Under the pieces are notes generated by a model that was not told the DNA's origin, made no database searches, and was given only the letters and a program-made list of their open reading frames with translations. This document shows positions 51,741 through 64,000 of a DNA stretch of 64,000 nucleotides, one piece after another. Location of the stretch: the NCBI GenBank assembly GCA_028534125.1, contig CM052816.1, positions 40,426,001-40,490,000 of the forward strand, written 5' to 3'. The position numbers were made by a program, and so were the translations under genes. The stretch comes from Lama glama. Lineage: Eukaryota. Position 1 is the first letter of the stretch. Every line of letters starts with the position of its first letter.

Positions 51741-52149
51741 TAAAGACAGTTATATTGGATTTTAATTTGTTATATACTAGTTATCAGGTCTAATTTAGGT
51801 AATGCATGTTCAAGTAATTTTCAATATACAAAATATTATAGAGATACAAGGTACAAGTATTAGTACATATTTTTCTCTAACAGCCTAAAATTTAAGGAGA
51901 ATTGAGACAGAAGTCTACAACTTAGAGAAAGATCTTTATCTTATTCATAAATTCAGGCTATTCTAAAGTTGTTTTCCCCCAAGTATTCTTTAGGTATATA
52001 TTAAATGAATAGAGCAGGAATGTCTCCTTGTACAGTTTCAGTACTTCTTCACATGACACTATAGTAATTTAGAAAATTAAGTATTTATGCATAAACATCA
52101 AAACATAAGTATTTTGTAGTAGCAATAAAATTTATAAGCAAGATGAAAT

Positions 52150-52985
52150 TTCTAGACTATGTTTAAAAACGTATTAAAAAATAGAACATAAAATTATTGC
52201 AAAGTAAAAATACCATGAAATGATAATATAAAATTTCAGAGTAAGTTGTAGACTCAATATAACCAGAGTATGCATGAACAAATTATGCAAAGAAAAAAAA
52301 AACCTAACAGCTAAATAGAAAATATGAAAAGGGCATGATTTGTATTAAAATGAGGATGAGGTATTGCTTTTCTTCTCTCATATTGTTGAAGCCCAGTGTT
52401 TGATCACACAGAGTTCCAAGGGTGTAAGAAAGCTGTTGGCTCCCATTGCTGTAAGCGTAACTGGTCTGACAAGTTAGGAGAGCAGTTTGGCAATACCTAT
52501 CAAAATACACAGTCACTATATACTTTGATCTAACAATTTTAATTCTAGTTTTTCTCATATAAAATAAACTTTATATGTCCTTTAAATACATTAAAATTTT
52601 TTTCATTGCTTCAGTGTTTGTAATATCAAAAGAATGAAAAAATATTAAATATCCTGAAATAGGGGATTTTGGTTATAGTCACAGAAGGAAATGCCATGCA
52701 GTCACTAAAAATTGATAAATATCTGCATACTGATGTTAAAATATTGCTACATACATCCTTAAGAGAAAAAGCATGCTGCAAAATAATGTATGACACATAT
52801 ATCATTATTTCCATTTTACTCATATGTATGTACCCGTACACATATAACACAAGAAACTACAAATGGTGGTTATATGTGGAGAGGAAGACTTACAGGCATG
52901 GGATGGAATAAAAACATTTTTTGTATATATTTTTAATATTTAAATTTTTATGTTTTATTTTTCTAAAATACAATAAAATATTAAG
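52150..52985 (+). mobile_element. Degraded L1ME 3' fragment
   Basis: GAGCAGTTTGGCAATACCTATCAAAAT, TTTGATCTAACAATT and GGAAATGCCATGCAGTCACTAAAA. Confidence 0.65.
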
Positions 52986-53599
52986 ATGAGAAGCTTTATG
53001 ATAGTTGTGACTAAAGCCCCAAGAAAAGGAGGACAGATGCTCTTCTATTCAAAATGAAGTGCTATTCCATGTAAAATAAGACTTGCAGAAGAGACAACTA
53101 TGAACTGTTTTTTTTTTTTTAAACTCAAATCTCTGCAAGAGAGGGGTTCTATTTTAGAGAAAGGATTTCTTTAAAGGTTATTGTAAATGTGTAGGAGGGA
53201 TGGGAGAATCCTTCTCCCAACTTTAAGTCAGCTGAGAAGGGTTTCAGTGGGACTTCTTAGAGAGCTTGTCCTCTCCAGTTTGGAAGATTCAGTGGTAGCA
53301 TGTCTGATTCACACTTGAGGAACTAAAAGGCCAGAGGCTGTGTCTAGAGCAGTGTGCTCTGATGGCACAACAAGAGGTAGTCTCAGAATTTGTTGGAGTG
53401 AATGATGAGACTTCAGCAAAAAAGGGCTTGGATGGAATGTAACAAGTGCCCAATAGATGAGGGAAGAAATACAAGTGACATCCTACTGATGATGAATTAC
53501 CCAAGTTCAAAAGAGCTACTGGTGAATGTTTCCCAGTGTTGAGGGTAGGTGGATGGGTCTTCAAAATTACTGCTCAAGTCCAAAGCTTGATAGACCATT

Positions 53600-56500
53600 G
53601 AGAAATATTGACACATACATTCAGTCATGTAACCATCACTATAATTAAGATACAGAAACTTTCAGTCATCCTCAAACATTCCTTCACTGGCCTTTACAAT
53701 CAATCTTTCTTATACTCTGGCCTTGAGCTGCGAAATATCTGCTTTCTATAACAATAGACTTTCTCCCTATTCTAAAACTTCATATGCTAGAAGCTTGCTA
53801 GATTCTTCATCAAAAGAAATCATAAGCTGTGTAGCAAGCCATTATCTTAAAGACTTGAGAGCTGCTTGGGGAAAAATGAAAGGTCCAGGACAAAGATTCT
53901 ATTAGTTTAGGCTTTGTTAGAGAATGAACAGTTAATGTGTGTGTATCCTTTACACAGTGACTTTCCAGGTATGTTGAGCCACAGCATGCCCAAACTATTC
54001 AGCATAAAATATTTTTTAACATTTAGTTACATAAATGATTCTTTTGCCTATTTGCTAAAAGATGAAAAATAACCATTTTCTGGACTTCTTCCTGAAGTTC
54101 AATTCCCACTGCACTCGTAAAAAATAGTACATTTGCATTAGGCATGATCTAATTAGCTGATTAATTTCAACAAAGATTTAGAACATAACCTACTATAAAA
54201 AGAGATATAAAAAATATAAACTAGGATCTAAATTTCTTTATGTGTTTGAGATAAAGAGTCCTTTGTTACATATAAGGTTTACAAGTATTTTCTCCAAGTC
54301 TGAATCTTATCTTTTCATCTCTTAATAGGGTCTTTCACAGAAAAAGATGTTTCGATCAAGTCCAATTTATTGATTTTTTTTCTTTCATGAAACACTTCTT
54401 TGATGTACTGGCTAGTAACTGTTCACCAAGCCCTAGATCCAGGAGATTTTCTCCTATGTTATCATCCAGAAGTTTTATAGTTTTATGTTACATATTTGAA
54501 TATTTATAATGCATGTTGAGGTGGTTTTTTGTTTTGTTTTGTTTTGTTTTTCTGACTTATGGATATCTAATTATCCCAACACTGTTGGAAAAGATTTTCT
54601 TTCCCATTAAATCGCACATGTATGTTTGTCAAAAATCAGCTAGCCATACTTACGTGGAATTATTTCTGGGTTCTCTGTTCTGTTCCACTGATCTGCCTGT
54701 CTATCCCTCTGTCAATACCATGGTCTTGACTACTGTGGCTTTATAAATTTTGAGATCAGGTAGAATAATCTTCCTAATTTCTTCTTTTTCAAAATTGTTT
54801 TGCTATTCTAGTTCCCTGCCATTTCCATGTGAATTTTAGAATGATCTCGGCTATATCTACAAAAAACTGGATGGAATCTGGATAGGAATCGCATTAAACC
54901 TTTAAATTTGAGAACTGATTTTTTTTTTATTATGTTGAATCTTTCAATCCGTTTCAATGGTGTTTCAATTTATTTAGATCTTATTTCCTTAGTATTTTAC
55001 AGTTTTCAATATGCAGCCCTGTATGTTTTGTTAAATTTAGTACTTCATATTTTTTGAATTATTGTAAATAGTATATATTTTTTTAACCGTGGCTCCCCTT
55101 TCTCAGTCAGTTGCCTCAGCCCAGGAGAGGAGAAGCGATGTCAGTCAGCAGGGCAAGGAGTGCCCAAGGAGTTACCGCCTCGGCCCGCACAGCAGCACCA
55201 CGCCCGGTTCGGTCCTGCTGCCCGAGAGAGGCCTCCTCCAGCCACAGGTGTTTAGGATCTCGGGAGCACATGCAGGAAGAGCCTTGCTACGCACGCGCAG
55301 TGGAGCACCTCGTGGTCAGGTGCGGGAGCCTTGAGAGGGTCCACCTGTTCCCCCTGGCGCTCACGCTGAAGTCTCCGAGAAGGACCGTCGGTGTGCTGGC
55401 AGTGCCTTCTACGCTCAGGTTCCTTCAGTCTGCGTCTCCCTCGTCCCCTTATGCCCAGCGAAAACGGTATGTTTTTTTTTTTTCTTTAACTTCGTTTATT
55501 AAGTATTCATTTATGGGATCTAGAAACTCAACAGACTTTTTGTATGTTGATTTAGTACTACAATTCTGCTGAATAACTTAGTTCTAGGAGGTTGTTTTTT
55601 TTTTTAAATAGATTCTTTGCAATTTTCTACCTATCATATCATCTGCAAGTAGAGAAGGGGGTTTATTTCTTCTTCTCTGATTTGTCAGCATGTTATTTCC
55701 TTTTCTTGGCTTGTTGTGCTGGTTAGAATTTCCACAACTGTCTTGAAGACCAGTGATGGTTGTGAGCACCCTTGCCTTGTTTCTGATCTTTGGTGGAACA
55801 TTTAAGTCTTTTTTAAGTGTGATAATTGCTATAAGTTTTTTTTTTTTTTTTTGGAGATGTTGGTTATCAACTTGGGAAGTCTCTCTATATCCCAGTTTTT
55901 CTGGGTTTTTATCATGAATGGGTACTGATTTTTTGAAAATGCTTTGTCTGCATCCTTGATACTGTTATGTTACACTTTTCGTTTTGCCTGTTGGATATAA
56001 TGGATTATATTAATTTTACAAGTTTGAGCTAGCTTTGTATACCTGGAATAAAAACAACTTGGTCATGATAAATTTTTAATATATTGCTGAATTATATTTA
56101 CTAATATTTTGAGAATGTTTTCATTTACATTAATGAGGAATATTGCCTGTAATTTTCTTTTTATGTTGCCCTTTTCTGGTTTTGATAAATAATACTAGTG
56201 TCATAAAATAAGTGAGAAAGTGTTTCCTTTTATTTTTGAAAAGATTGTGTAGAATTGATGTTAATCCTTTAAATGTTTGGTGGAACTTGCGAGTGAAATC
56301 ATCTGGGCCTGGGGATTTCTTTGAGTTTTTCAAATAATATTTCAATTTCCTGAATAGTTATAGTGCTTTTCATATTATCTATGTCAAATTGGATGCATTG
56401 TGGTAGTTTGTACTTTTCCAGAGATTGGTCCGTTACATCTAAGTTGCCAAATGTGAGTGTTTATGTATTACCTTATATTTTTGTTGGGTGTAGAGTCTGT

Positions 56501-58150
56501 AGTTGGGTATCCTCTGTCTTACTAATTTTGTTTATTACCCTTTTCGTTTCAGTTCCATTGCTTTCTGATTTGTTACTATTTCCTTCCTTCTGTTTGCTTT
56601 GTATTTTTAATTTGCTCTTCTTTTTCTAGTTTATTGAGTGACTTAGATTTGTTGAGATTTTCTTCTTTTCTAGTGAAAGCATTTCATGCTGTACATTTCC
56701 CTCTCAGAATTATTTTAGCTGTCTCCAGCAAGTATTGTTATGTTATATTTTCATTTTCATTGAGTTCTGTGCATTTTTTAGAAAATTTTCCTTAGACTTT
56801 ATCTTTGATCCTTGGATAATTTAGGTGTGTGTTGTTTAGTTTCCAAGCAGCTGGAGAGTTTCCTGTTATCTATTTCTAGTTTGATTCCACTATGGTCAGA
56901 GAACGCACTCTATATGATTTTAATTCTTTAAAATTTGTTGAGGTTTGTTTTGCAGTTCAATATATCTTGGTATTTATGTCTTGGATCCTTGCAAAGAATA
57001 TGTATCCTTGAGCTGTTGGTTTGAGTTTTCTGTAAAGATGATTAGATCCTGTTGGTTGGTGGTATTTGTTATTCCGTATTCTTGCTGATTTTCTGCCTAG
57101 TTGTTCTATCATTGTTGAAATTAAGTGTTTTAAAGTCTCCAGATATAATTGTAGAATTGTTTATTTCTCCTTTAAGTTCTTTCAGTTTTTGCTTCATGTC
57201 TTTTTCAGTACTGTGGTTTGATGCATACACATTCAGAATTGCTTATGTGTATTAACCCCTTTATCATTATGTAATGTCCCTGTATGTCTCAGTAATTTTC
57301 TTTATTTGTAAATATACTTTATCTGTTAAAAATATAGCCATCCCTGCTATATTTGATTAATATTTGCATTGTACAGCTTTTTTCCATCTTTTTAAAATTT
57401 TTAACATATTTCAGCCTATTTCTATCATTATATTTGAAGAGAATTTTTCCTAGTAGACATCATTAGTTGGATCATTTTTAAAAATCAATTTTGCCAATCT
57501 CTGTCTTTTAATTTGTGTTTTTATATGGTTTATTTTAATGTAATTTTTGTTAGGTTAGAGCCTAAATCTGCCATTTTATTTTATTTTCTGTTTATTCTCT
57601 CTGTTCTTTGTTTTATTTATTTATTTATTTTTCTATGTCCCTGTAGGTTTGTGAGACATTTGTTTAGAATTCCATTTTGGTTTTTTCATTTTGATCTGTA
57701 GTATTTTATGTGTATCTCTCTTTATATATATTTCTTTCTTCATGGTTGCTCTTGGTGTTAACTTATATATACAAGCATATCAGAGTTTACTGGCATCAAC
57801 ATTTTAAAAGTTCAAGTGAAGTAGGTTTATATATAGAGGTATGTCCTTTTATCCTGCACCATCTGTAATCTAATTGTTTTAAATATTTTCTGTACATACA
57901 TTGAAATATACATATAAGAATATGGCAATTTTAGCTTCAGTCATCAAACTTTATTTAGAAACCTCAAAAGGAGGAGTGTCTATAGTATTTCCACACACTT
58001 TGCCCTTTTTCTTATTCATTCTTTCTTTTGTTCCACGTTTCCTATTTTTAATGTTTTTTTTTTTCTGTTTAGAAAATTTCTTTTAGGTGTTCTTTTAGTG
58101 TAGGTCTACTATACTACAAGGCTAACATTTCTCTTAGATTTTCTTCACCT
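53600..58150 (-). mobile_element. Long antisense old L1 (L1MC/MD-like): 3' UTR piece ~53600-53790, ORF2 ~54230-57400, upstream part to ~58150; interrupted at 55085-55463
   Basis: Antisense translations include SLLADDMI (RT FADDM-like) and KSPGPDDFTRKFHQTFK. The endonuclease part mirrors the sense L1 at 33.8-34.4 kb. Confidence 0.9.
55085..55463. other. GC/CpG-rich island of unknown origin embedded in L1
   Basis: About 65% GC in the lines I counted and about 24 CpG in ~380 bp, in an AT-rich, CpG-poor background. Confidence 0.85.
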
Positions 58151-58204
58151 CAGACTATCTTAATTTACTTCTCTCTTCCTTCTTCTTCTTTTTTTTTTTT
58201 TCTT

Positions 58205-58352
58205 GCAGCCTTTTACCAACCTCTTTTTGTACCCCTCCTCTTCTCACAACCACCATTCTGGTCTCTGTTTCTATGAGTACAGCTTTTTTAGATTTCACGT
58301 ATAGGTAATATGGTATAGTATTTGTCTTTCTCTGTTTCACTTCTTTCACTTA
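58205..58352 (-). mobile_element. L1MA-like 3' fragment
   Basis: CAACCACCATTCTGGTCTCTGTTTCTATGAGT..TTTTAGATTTCACGTATAGGT..AGTATTTGTCTTTCTCTG. Confidence 0.8.
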
Positions 58353-59570
58353 TTTCATTCATTAAGCATTTTCTATATAATGAAGCTTAATTAAAACCCA
58401 AATTAACTGTAAAATGTCGTATCGCATCTTATGTATTCAAAATTGCTTTCTTCCCTCAAACTGATTTATGTATATTTAATGGATTTAGTTGAAAAGTGGA
58501 TGATAAAACAATCAAGAACTTTTAAAAGCACAGACACTTTCCCTAAAGGTAAAAGGAGAACATAAGCAATCTCTATATTTGCATAAACCTTTTACAAAAT
58601 AGATGAACTGGAATGCTGTCCAGGGAAAATAACTAGTACTGAAAACTTACCAAAAAAAAAAGGAAGAAATCAGTGGTAAATGTGTCATTTAAAGTGATTT
58701 AAATGTGTACTAAAAAAAAAATACTGAAAATCACTTCTTACTAGACATTTTCAAATTTCTAAAATATACGGAATTTTTCTGTGGCTTAAAACCATGTGAT
58801 AGTTATATTTAGGTAACTGACTGGCAGGTGTCTGTTCTGTTAAAAATGAGATTCCTCCTCCTCTGTCCACACAGAGTATGTTACCAGGGAGAATTTAGAC
58901 CTGATTAGGATTGACACTTCTTTTCAAAGAAAACTTCCATAAGTGGAATCAAAATGTCAGAAGGGAAATAAAGCTGTAACAGAACAGAACTGCAAAGAAA
59001 GGGAAAAAGAATCACGACTCAGTTAATGGATCATTGGGAAGAAAGATGATGCTATTTTCTAATTAGACTTGACTTTCAGATTTTGTATTTGCAGACAGAA
59101 ATGAGCCATGAATTATTACTTTGAACTATCATTCTTAGTCTCAGTGATAGCAGGCTTACGATGAATTTTTTAAATGATAATTTCTTCTACTTAGTATCAT
59201 AGCATAAATATTAATATCAAGATGAGTACCCTATACTTATCTAGTACCTTCAGTGTCAGAATATCAAAAGATATTTTACAGATTAAATGCCTCACTTTTG
59301 TGGTAGAATTCACTAGAAATTTAAAACCAGCTACAGTACATTGCAAACTGGTCTCATATGTGAGGTGAGATATGTAATTTATTTTTCAAAATTGGATCAG
59401 ATTAAAGTGGCCAAGATTAAATAAATAAGGAAAAGTATTAAATGTATGTTATGAGTAAATATTGAACCAAATATGAAAGCCATTGCATTAAATAAACCAT
59501 TTAAAAATTTCAGGATGTTATTCAGGATTCAAACATTGTGTTAGTTCCCTTCTTATGAAAACTTATTGAC

Positions 59571-59698
59571 TGTCTCAGTCAGGTCAGACTGTTACAACAA
59601 AATACCACAGGCTGGTCTGTGGCTTAAACGACGGACGTTTGTTCCTCAGTTCTAGAGGCTGGGACCGCCAAGAACAAGATGCTGACAGGTTCAGTTCT
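59571..59698 (-). mobile_element. MLT1A/B LTR fragment
   Basis: TGTCTCAGTC..ACAACAAAATACCACAGGCTGG..GGCTTAAAC...TTCTAGAGGCTGGGA..CCAAGAACAAGATGCTGACAG. Confidence 0.8.
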
Positions 59699-59849
59699 GT
59701 CCATGAAACTATGTCAGGCTAACTTATTAGCATTCAAGTAAAGTAAAACCTCAGACCCTGCACACTTAATTGATGTTAGGTACTCAATAGGTGTATGTTA
59801 ATTGTTTTTCATTGAATTATGGATGGCAAAAGGGGGAAAAAAAAAGCCC

Positions 59850-59930
59850 ACTCAGTCATCTAGTCCACATTTCTCTTCACCCACTTAACATATGAGGAAT
59901 CTGAGATTCAAAGAAGTTAAATGGTTTATT
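59850..59930 (-). mobile_element. MIR fragment
   Basis: GTCATCTAGTCCAC...ATGAGGAATCTGAGATTCAAAGAAGTTAAATGG. Confidence 0.6.
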
Positions 59931-61714
59931 CTCTGAGCTGATGATTAAAACATATTTTTGTGAGCACTTAACCCCTGGGAAATTCTAAATTTTGTCAGTT
60001 TTGTTTTATTTGGAATATCTGATGAATTTTATGATCATGTAGAAAATGTATAAACATTTTGCCATGTGATGTCAGTGCTCATCTTTATTATTTGTGTTTA
60101 TGGTCAGTTTGGCAGCAATTGGACATTAACAAGGAAGACTTAGTATATACATAATGAATTCTTGAAAAGGCCAAAATTTTTAGTAGTTTATTTAGGAAAA
60201 AAGTGAAAAATTTTTCAAATGATCCATGGTAAGATAATCATACATATTTTGTCAAATCTACATTATCCAATATATTAAAATCATATTTAAATTTTATTGA
60301 TTTTTAAATTATGGTCATATTCAATTGGTAATTTTGTTTTTTAAACTTGTATGAACTATGAACATGAGATTTCTATAGTAATATTTTTATATAATATAAA
60401 TATAAATAGTATTAAATGTTACATTCTAATGATCTAAGTTAACAAGGAAAACATATAATTAAGTTTTCTAAAGAAATCTGTACAGGTGCATTAATTTAAC
60501 TTAACAGGTGCAGAAACTGCTCCAAGCCATAGACAAAACATAGATTACTTTAAAACCCAGATCTTTCCATTTTGTCATTTTGATCTCATTATTTACTATT
60601 TCTCTAAAGAAGAACAATAGAAAAAGTTTCCTTTTGTTAAATATTGATGAAGTGAAGCTTAATTTCAAAATCTAAAGTTATTTGGTTCTAAAGGCTAGTA
60701 AATGATCTGGTAGTTGTTACTGAAATGTTTGAAGTTTCATTGGCAAAAGGATATGGTAAATCATAAATCATTGCCATATTATTACTGATTCTGTATTGCT
60801 GTGTACTTAAACTGCAAATTTGTGAAAATGAATGCTTAGCTAAATTTTATACAATCCCTTCATTTTCTTATAAGATCATAATTTAAACACATCACTAGTA
60901 TTTTCCCTCTTCTCAAATATTCAGAGTATTTAAAGTTAAAAATGATCATTTTGGATATGATCCCACCTTCTAGTAAGGTTAATACATTTTTTCCTTTGGT
61001 TTATTTATTTAAATTGTTCTTTATCATGTACAGTGTTAGTTATGCCATGCTGATTCTGTGATACAAGCTACTTAAGACCTCTTTCCACATATCTCTTTTT
61101 GCACTCTTTTTACCTTGTATTCTTACTATGAGATGGCAGAATAAAGTAAATGAGTCAATTTATGTAAAAAAGGATACAATTATATTTTCAAGTTATACAT
61201 ATTTTAAATTGACTTTACATTTTGAAATTTAATCTATGACTTATATTAACGTAATTTACCCCACAACAGTGATGACTTCTCAGTGGCAGAGCCAGAAATA
61301 ATTGATCATTTTCTGGCAAATGTTTAAGATTTATTTTCCTTAAAAGTGGTAACATTTCATCACCAATAATTGAAATGATGTTCTATTTTAAATAATATAA
61401 ATCTCAACAGCAGAACCTTGCCAAAAGAGCCTGGATTGGCTTAATGTTGTGTGGAGAATTATTCTGACATTTGTTATATTGGGCTAAGTTTGGGTTTCTT
61501 AAGCCAGGTTGTTGTGTATTAGTAAGAATCAGAAGGCTTTTAAGAGGAAACAAAAACCTAACTATACCTTGTTTGAATAATAATAATGTAATAATTAGTG
61601 ATAACAAATTCTAATTTTTTGACTAAAAAAATTGCTTTTTATTGATAGTGGGAATTTTGCAACCTAGGGTCAATGGAACTGATGGGAATAATATTTACCA
61701 ATCCCAAGTCCTGG

Positions 61715-62355
61715 TGTTAGAGCAGGCGGATAGTTAGATATGAACACAGAAAGGGGGACATAGATCAAATGGCAGGAATAGGCAGAAAAAGAAGTGGCAT
61801 AGGCAAAATGGCAGGAAACCATACATCATGTGAACAGGAGTGCTTAGGAAGACACAAAAAAGCAGGAACCTCTGGACTGATAAGGGATCACACATTTTGG
61901 GGTGACTAATGTCCTGGAGGCAAAGAAAGGTAGGAAAGGGCAGGAATCTCCAGTGTCCAATTGTAACCTTTTGCTCATTATACCCTCATTACAATAAAGT
62001 TAGCCTTGCAGATAAGAAGTACCCATCACGCACCAGTGGCATGTCACTTCCAATCCAGACTAAATAGAGACAAAAATCCCTCCTTTCCTCAGGAAGGTGG
62101 AGCTGGGATGAAAATCAAGAATACAACCCCAAACCCTTCTCTCCCCAGTGAATATTCTACCCATTCATTTTTACACCCTATGTCACCAACTTGCCAAAGA
62201 AACTCAGCGCAGCTGCTCATCTGAGCCTGCCTGCTCTCCCCTAGAGAGCAAGCCTACTACATACAGCTTAATAATCCCTCACTTTATTTTCTTGACCTCC
62301 GCGTGTCTTGTCTCTGAATTCTTTCTGTGATGAGACAAGAAGTTAATCGCCAACA
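61715..62355 (+). mobile_element. ERV solo LTR, family X copy C (more diverged)
   Basis: TGTTAGAGCAGGC start and collinear similarity to 40768-41413. The 3' end differs. Confidence 0.85.
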
Positions 62356-62619
62356 ACGAGAGGTGAATGAAGATCTGAATGGCCCTTGAGCCTCATCTCC
62401 TTTCTTATTTTGAGAGTTTAATGGAGAGTCTGCCCAATAGATTGGAGTTAGCTCAAGAGAAGAATAGGCTACAACCAGTAACTGAAATATCCCATTCTAA
62501 CCAGACCATTTTCTTAACAAGGAAACTTCACCATAGATTCCCTTCCTCCATCTTGCTCCTTTAATTATGTAAAACAGTATGGATTTTTCTCCACTGGGAT
62601 ATTGCCCATGATGCGTGTG

Positions 62620-62932
62620 TGTTGCCGAGTCCAAACTCGTTCTGCTTGCCGCACGACAGGCCAATAAATTGGGAGACAAGGTGTTGGGGCAAGGAATAGC
62701 GACTTTATTCAGAAAGCTGGCAGACAGAGAGGATGGCAGATAATGTCTTGGAGAACCATCCTGCTCTAGTCAGAATACAGGCTCCTTTTATACAGAAAAA
62801 CAAGGGAGGGTGTGTGGTTGATTGTTGCAATCTCTTTGCCGCAGGCATTCTTTGTTCTTGCAGCCATCCCTGTGGGCCAGGTCATGGTGTCCCTGTAAAC
62901 CTCCAACAAAACAAAGGTTATTCTCTACTACA
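62620..62932 (-). mobile_element. Short artiodactyl ERV1-type solo LTR
   Basis: TGTTGCCGAGTCCAAACTCG...GACTTTATTC...CTACA, with a perfect TSD TGTG (62616-62619, 62933-62936). Confidence 0.85.
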
Positions 62933-63057
62933 TGTGGATTACTTTTGCCCAGCATAAGCTTTAAGATAATTAGAGTTCCTGAATATACAATATACACTTC
63001 TCTACTGCCTGCTTTGATCTAATGAAACTCTCGTATTTATCTACACAATATATACAC

Positions 63058-63100
63058 ACTACCACCACCACCACCAGTACCACCATCACCACCACCACAA
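63058..63100 (+). repeat. Imperfect (ACC)n
   Basis: Read directly from the sequence. Confidence 0.8.
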
Positions 63101-63209
63101 ACAACAAATAATAACTGGTGTCAGAATAGAAAAATACTATAAATGTAAACTTAATGTACATGAATAAAATTATGTATTGGCTTTATCTTACTTTAAGAAA
63201 GGCAAAGCT

Positions 63210-64000
63210 TATAGGTAGATAGATACAGATAGAAATCTGTATCAACATATATCCTGTTGGTTCTGTTTCTCTGAAAATTTTGGCATTTAGAGTGGTTCTA
63301 GAGGACCAGAATTTTAAGGATGAGTTATAAGAATTGGTTTGGGAGTTTCTGGAATTGGCTCTTTAATCTGATTAGATTTAAAGATCTTAATGACTCTTTC
63401 TACTAGTAAGACAGCACTGATGATCCATAGTATTAACTAGTAATAAAGATTCATGAAATGTCTGCATTAGATACTTCTAGTCAACCACTCATAAGAAGCT
63501 AGGAGATGGGTGACTGGATGTATGGTACTTTTAAACATTTGTGGAAAACTAATGAATATACTGAGATCAAGTGGTTGCTCTTAATGTCATTGGAAAAGGT
63601 GGTAAAAGGAAAAGATGAGCTCAGGGATTTGAATTTCCATCTCAAGTAACACATAAGTGACCTTAAAATTTCTCTTGTTACCTGAAGGAGATCCTTACCT
63701 CTTGTAGCCTCAGGGCTGAGATTGCTGAAAATCAATGCAGAATCTCCTTCTGCACTGGCTGAATTACAAGTTGAATGTACAGTCTCACAGGGTGTGTCTA
63801 CTGTTAAAGTGAGGGCATTGATTAGTGCCTCTCTATCCTCAGCAGAAGTGGCCTCTTTACCACCAGTAGTATCAGCCTCTCATCCCTGTCATCTGAACTG
63901 TGAAGGAATTAACTTTGCATAGTCTAAGGAAACTGTAATGGCCTCCTCTGAGTCAGTTGGGAAGCAGGGCAGGTCTCTTCAGGACCCATCCCCACCACCC
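63210..64000 (+). mobile_element. MLT2 LTR 3' end plus ERVL internal leader and decayed gag, running off the window
   Basis: ATATCCTGTTGGTTCTGTTTCTCTG is the MLT2 end. GGAGTTTCTGGAATTGGCT is the gag start (FWNWL). AELQ...VSTVKVRALI in ORF 63722-63922 matches HERV-L gag. Confidence 0.88.

Noticed and set aside
55111..55572. 153-aa ORF over the GC island
   Set aside because: Long stop-free frames are expected in GC-rich DNA. It starts at TTG, runs into antisense L1 and resembles nothing I recognise.
40768..62355. Copies A and C as the two LTRs of one 21-kb provirus
   Set aside because: No PBS or gag/pol/env between them, the intervening DNA holds older L1M sequence, the copies differ substantially, and the flanks share no TSD.
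1..64000. CRISPR arrays, operons or other prokaryotic systems
   Set aside because: The sequence is mammalian repeat-rich DNA with no regularly spaced repeats or gene-dense coding structure.

Overview
AT-rich, CpG-depleted mammalian genomic DNA, probably camelid because a Vic-1-type tRNA-derived SINE lies at ~14.2 kb. I find no credible protein-coding exon, RNA gene or CpG-island promoter, so this looks like a gene desert or a very large intron. The recognisable ORFs are decayed retroelement sequence (ERVL integrase and gag, L1 ORF1/ORF2); the rest look like chance. The window is a mosaic of ancient repeats (L2, MIR, MLT1, LTR16/ERVL, LTR33, MER3, MER103, L1M) overlaid by a dense cluster of younger ERV1-type solo LTRs at ~35-50 kb, several nested with readable target-site duplications (TSDs). 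The most unusual signals are: (i) two same-family LTRs in inverted orientation 259 bp apart with a near-identical 140-bp core, suggesting gene conversion; (ii) a ~380-bp, ~65% GC, CpG-rich island inside an old L1; (iii) a ~190-bp foldback element at 22.3-22.5 kb; (iv) a compound-palindrome scar at 30.75-30.84 kb. Repeat family names come from remembered consensus motifs, not a database search. Boundaries of old repeats are approximate.
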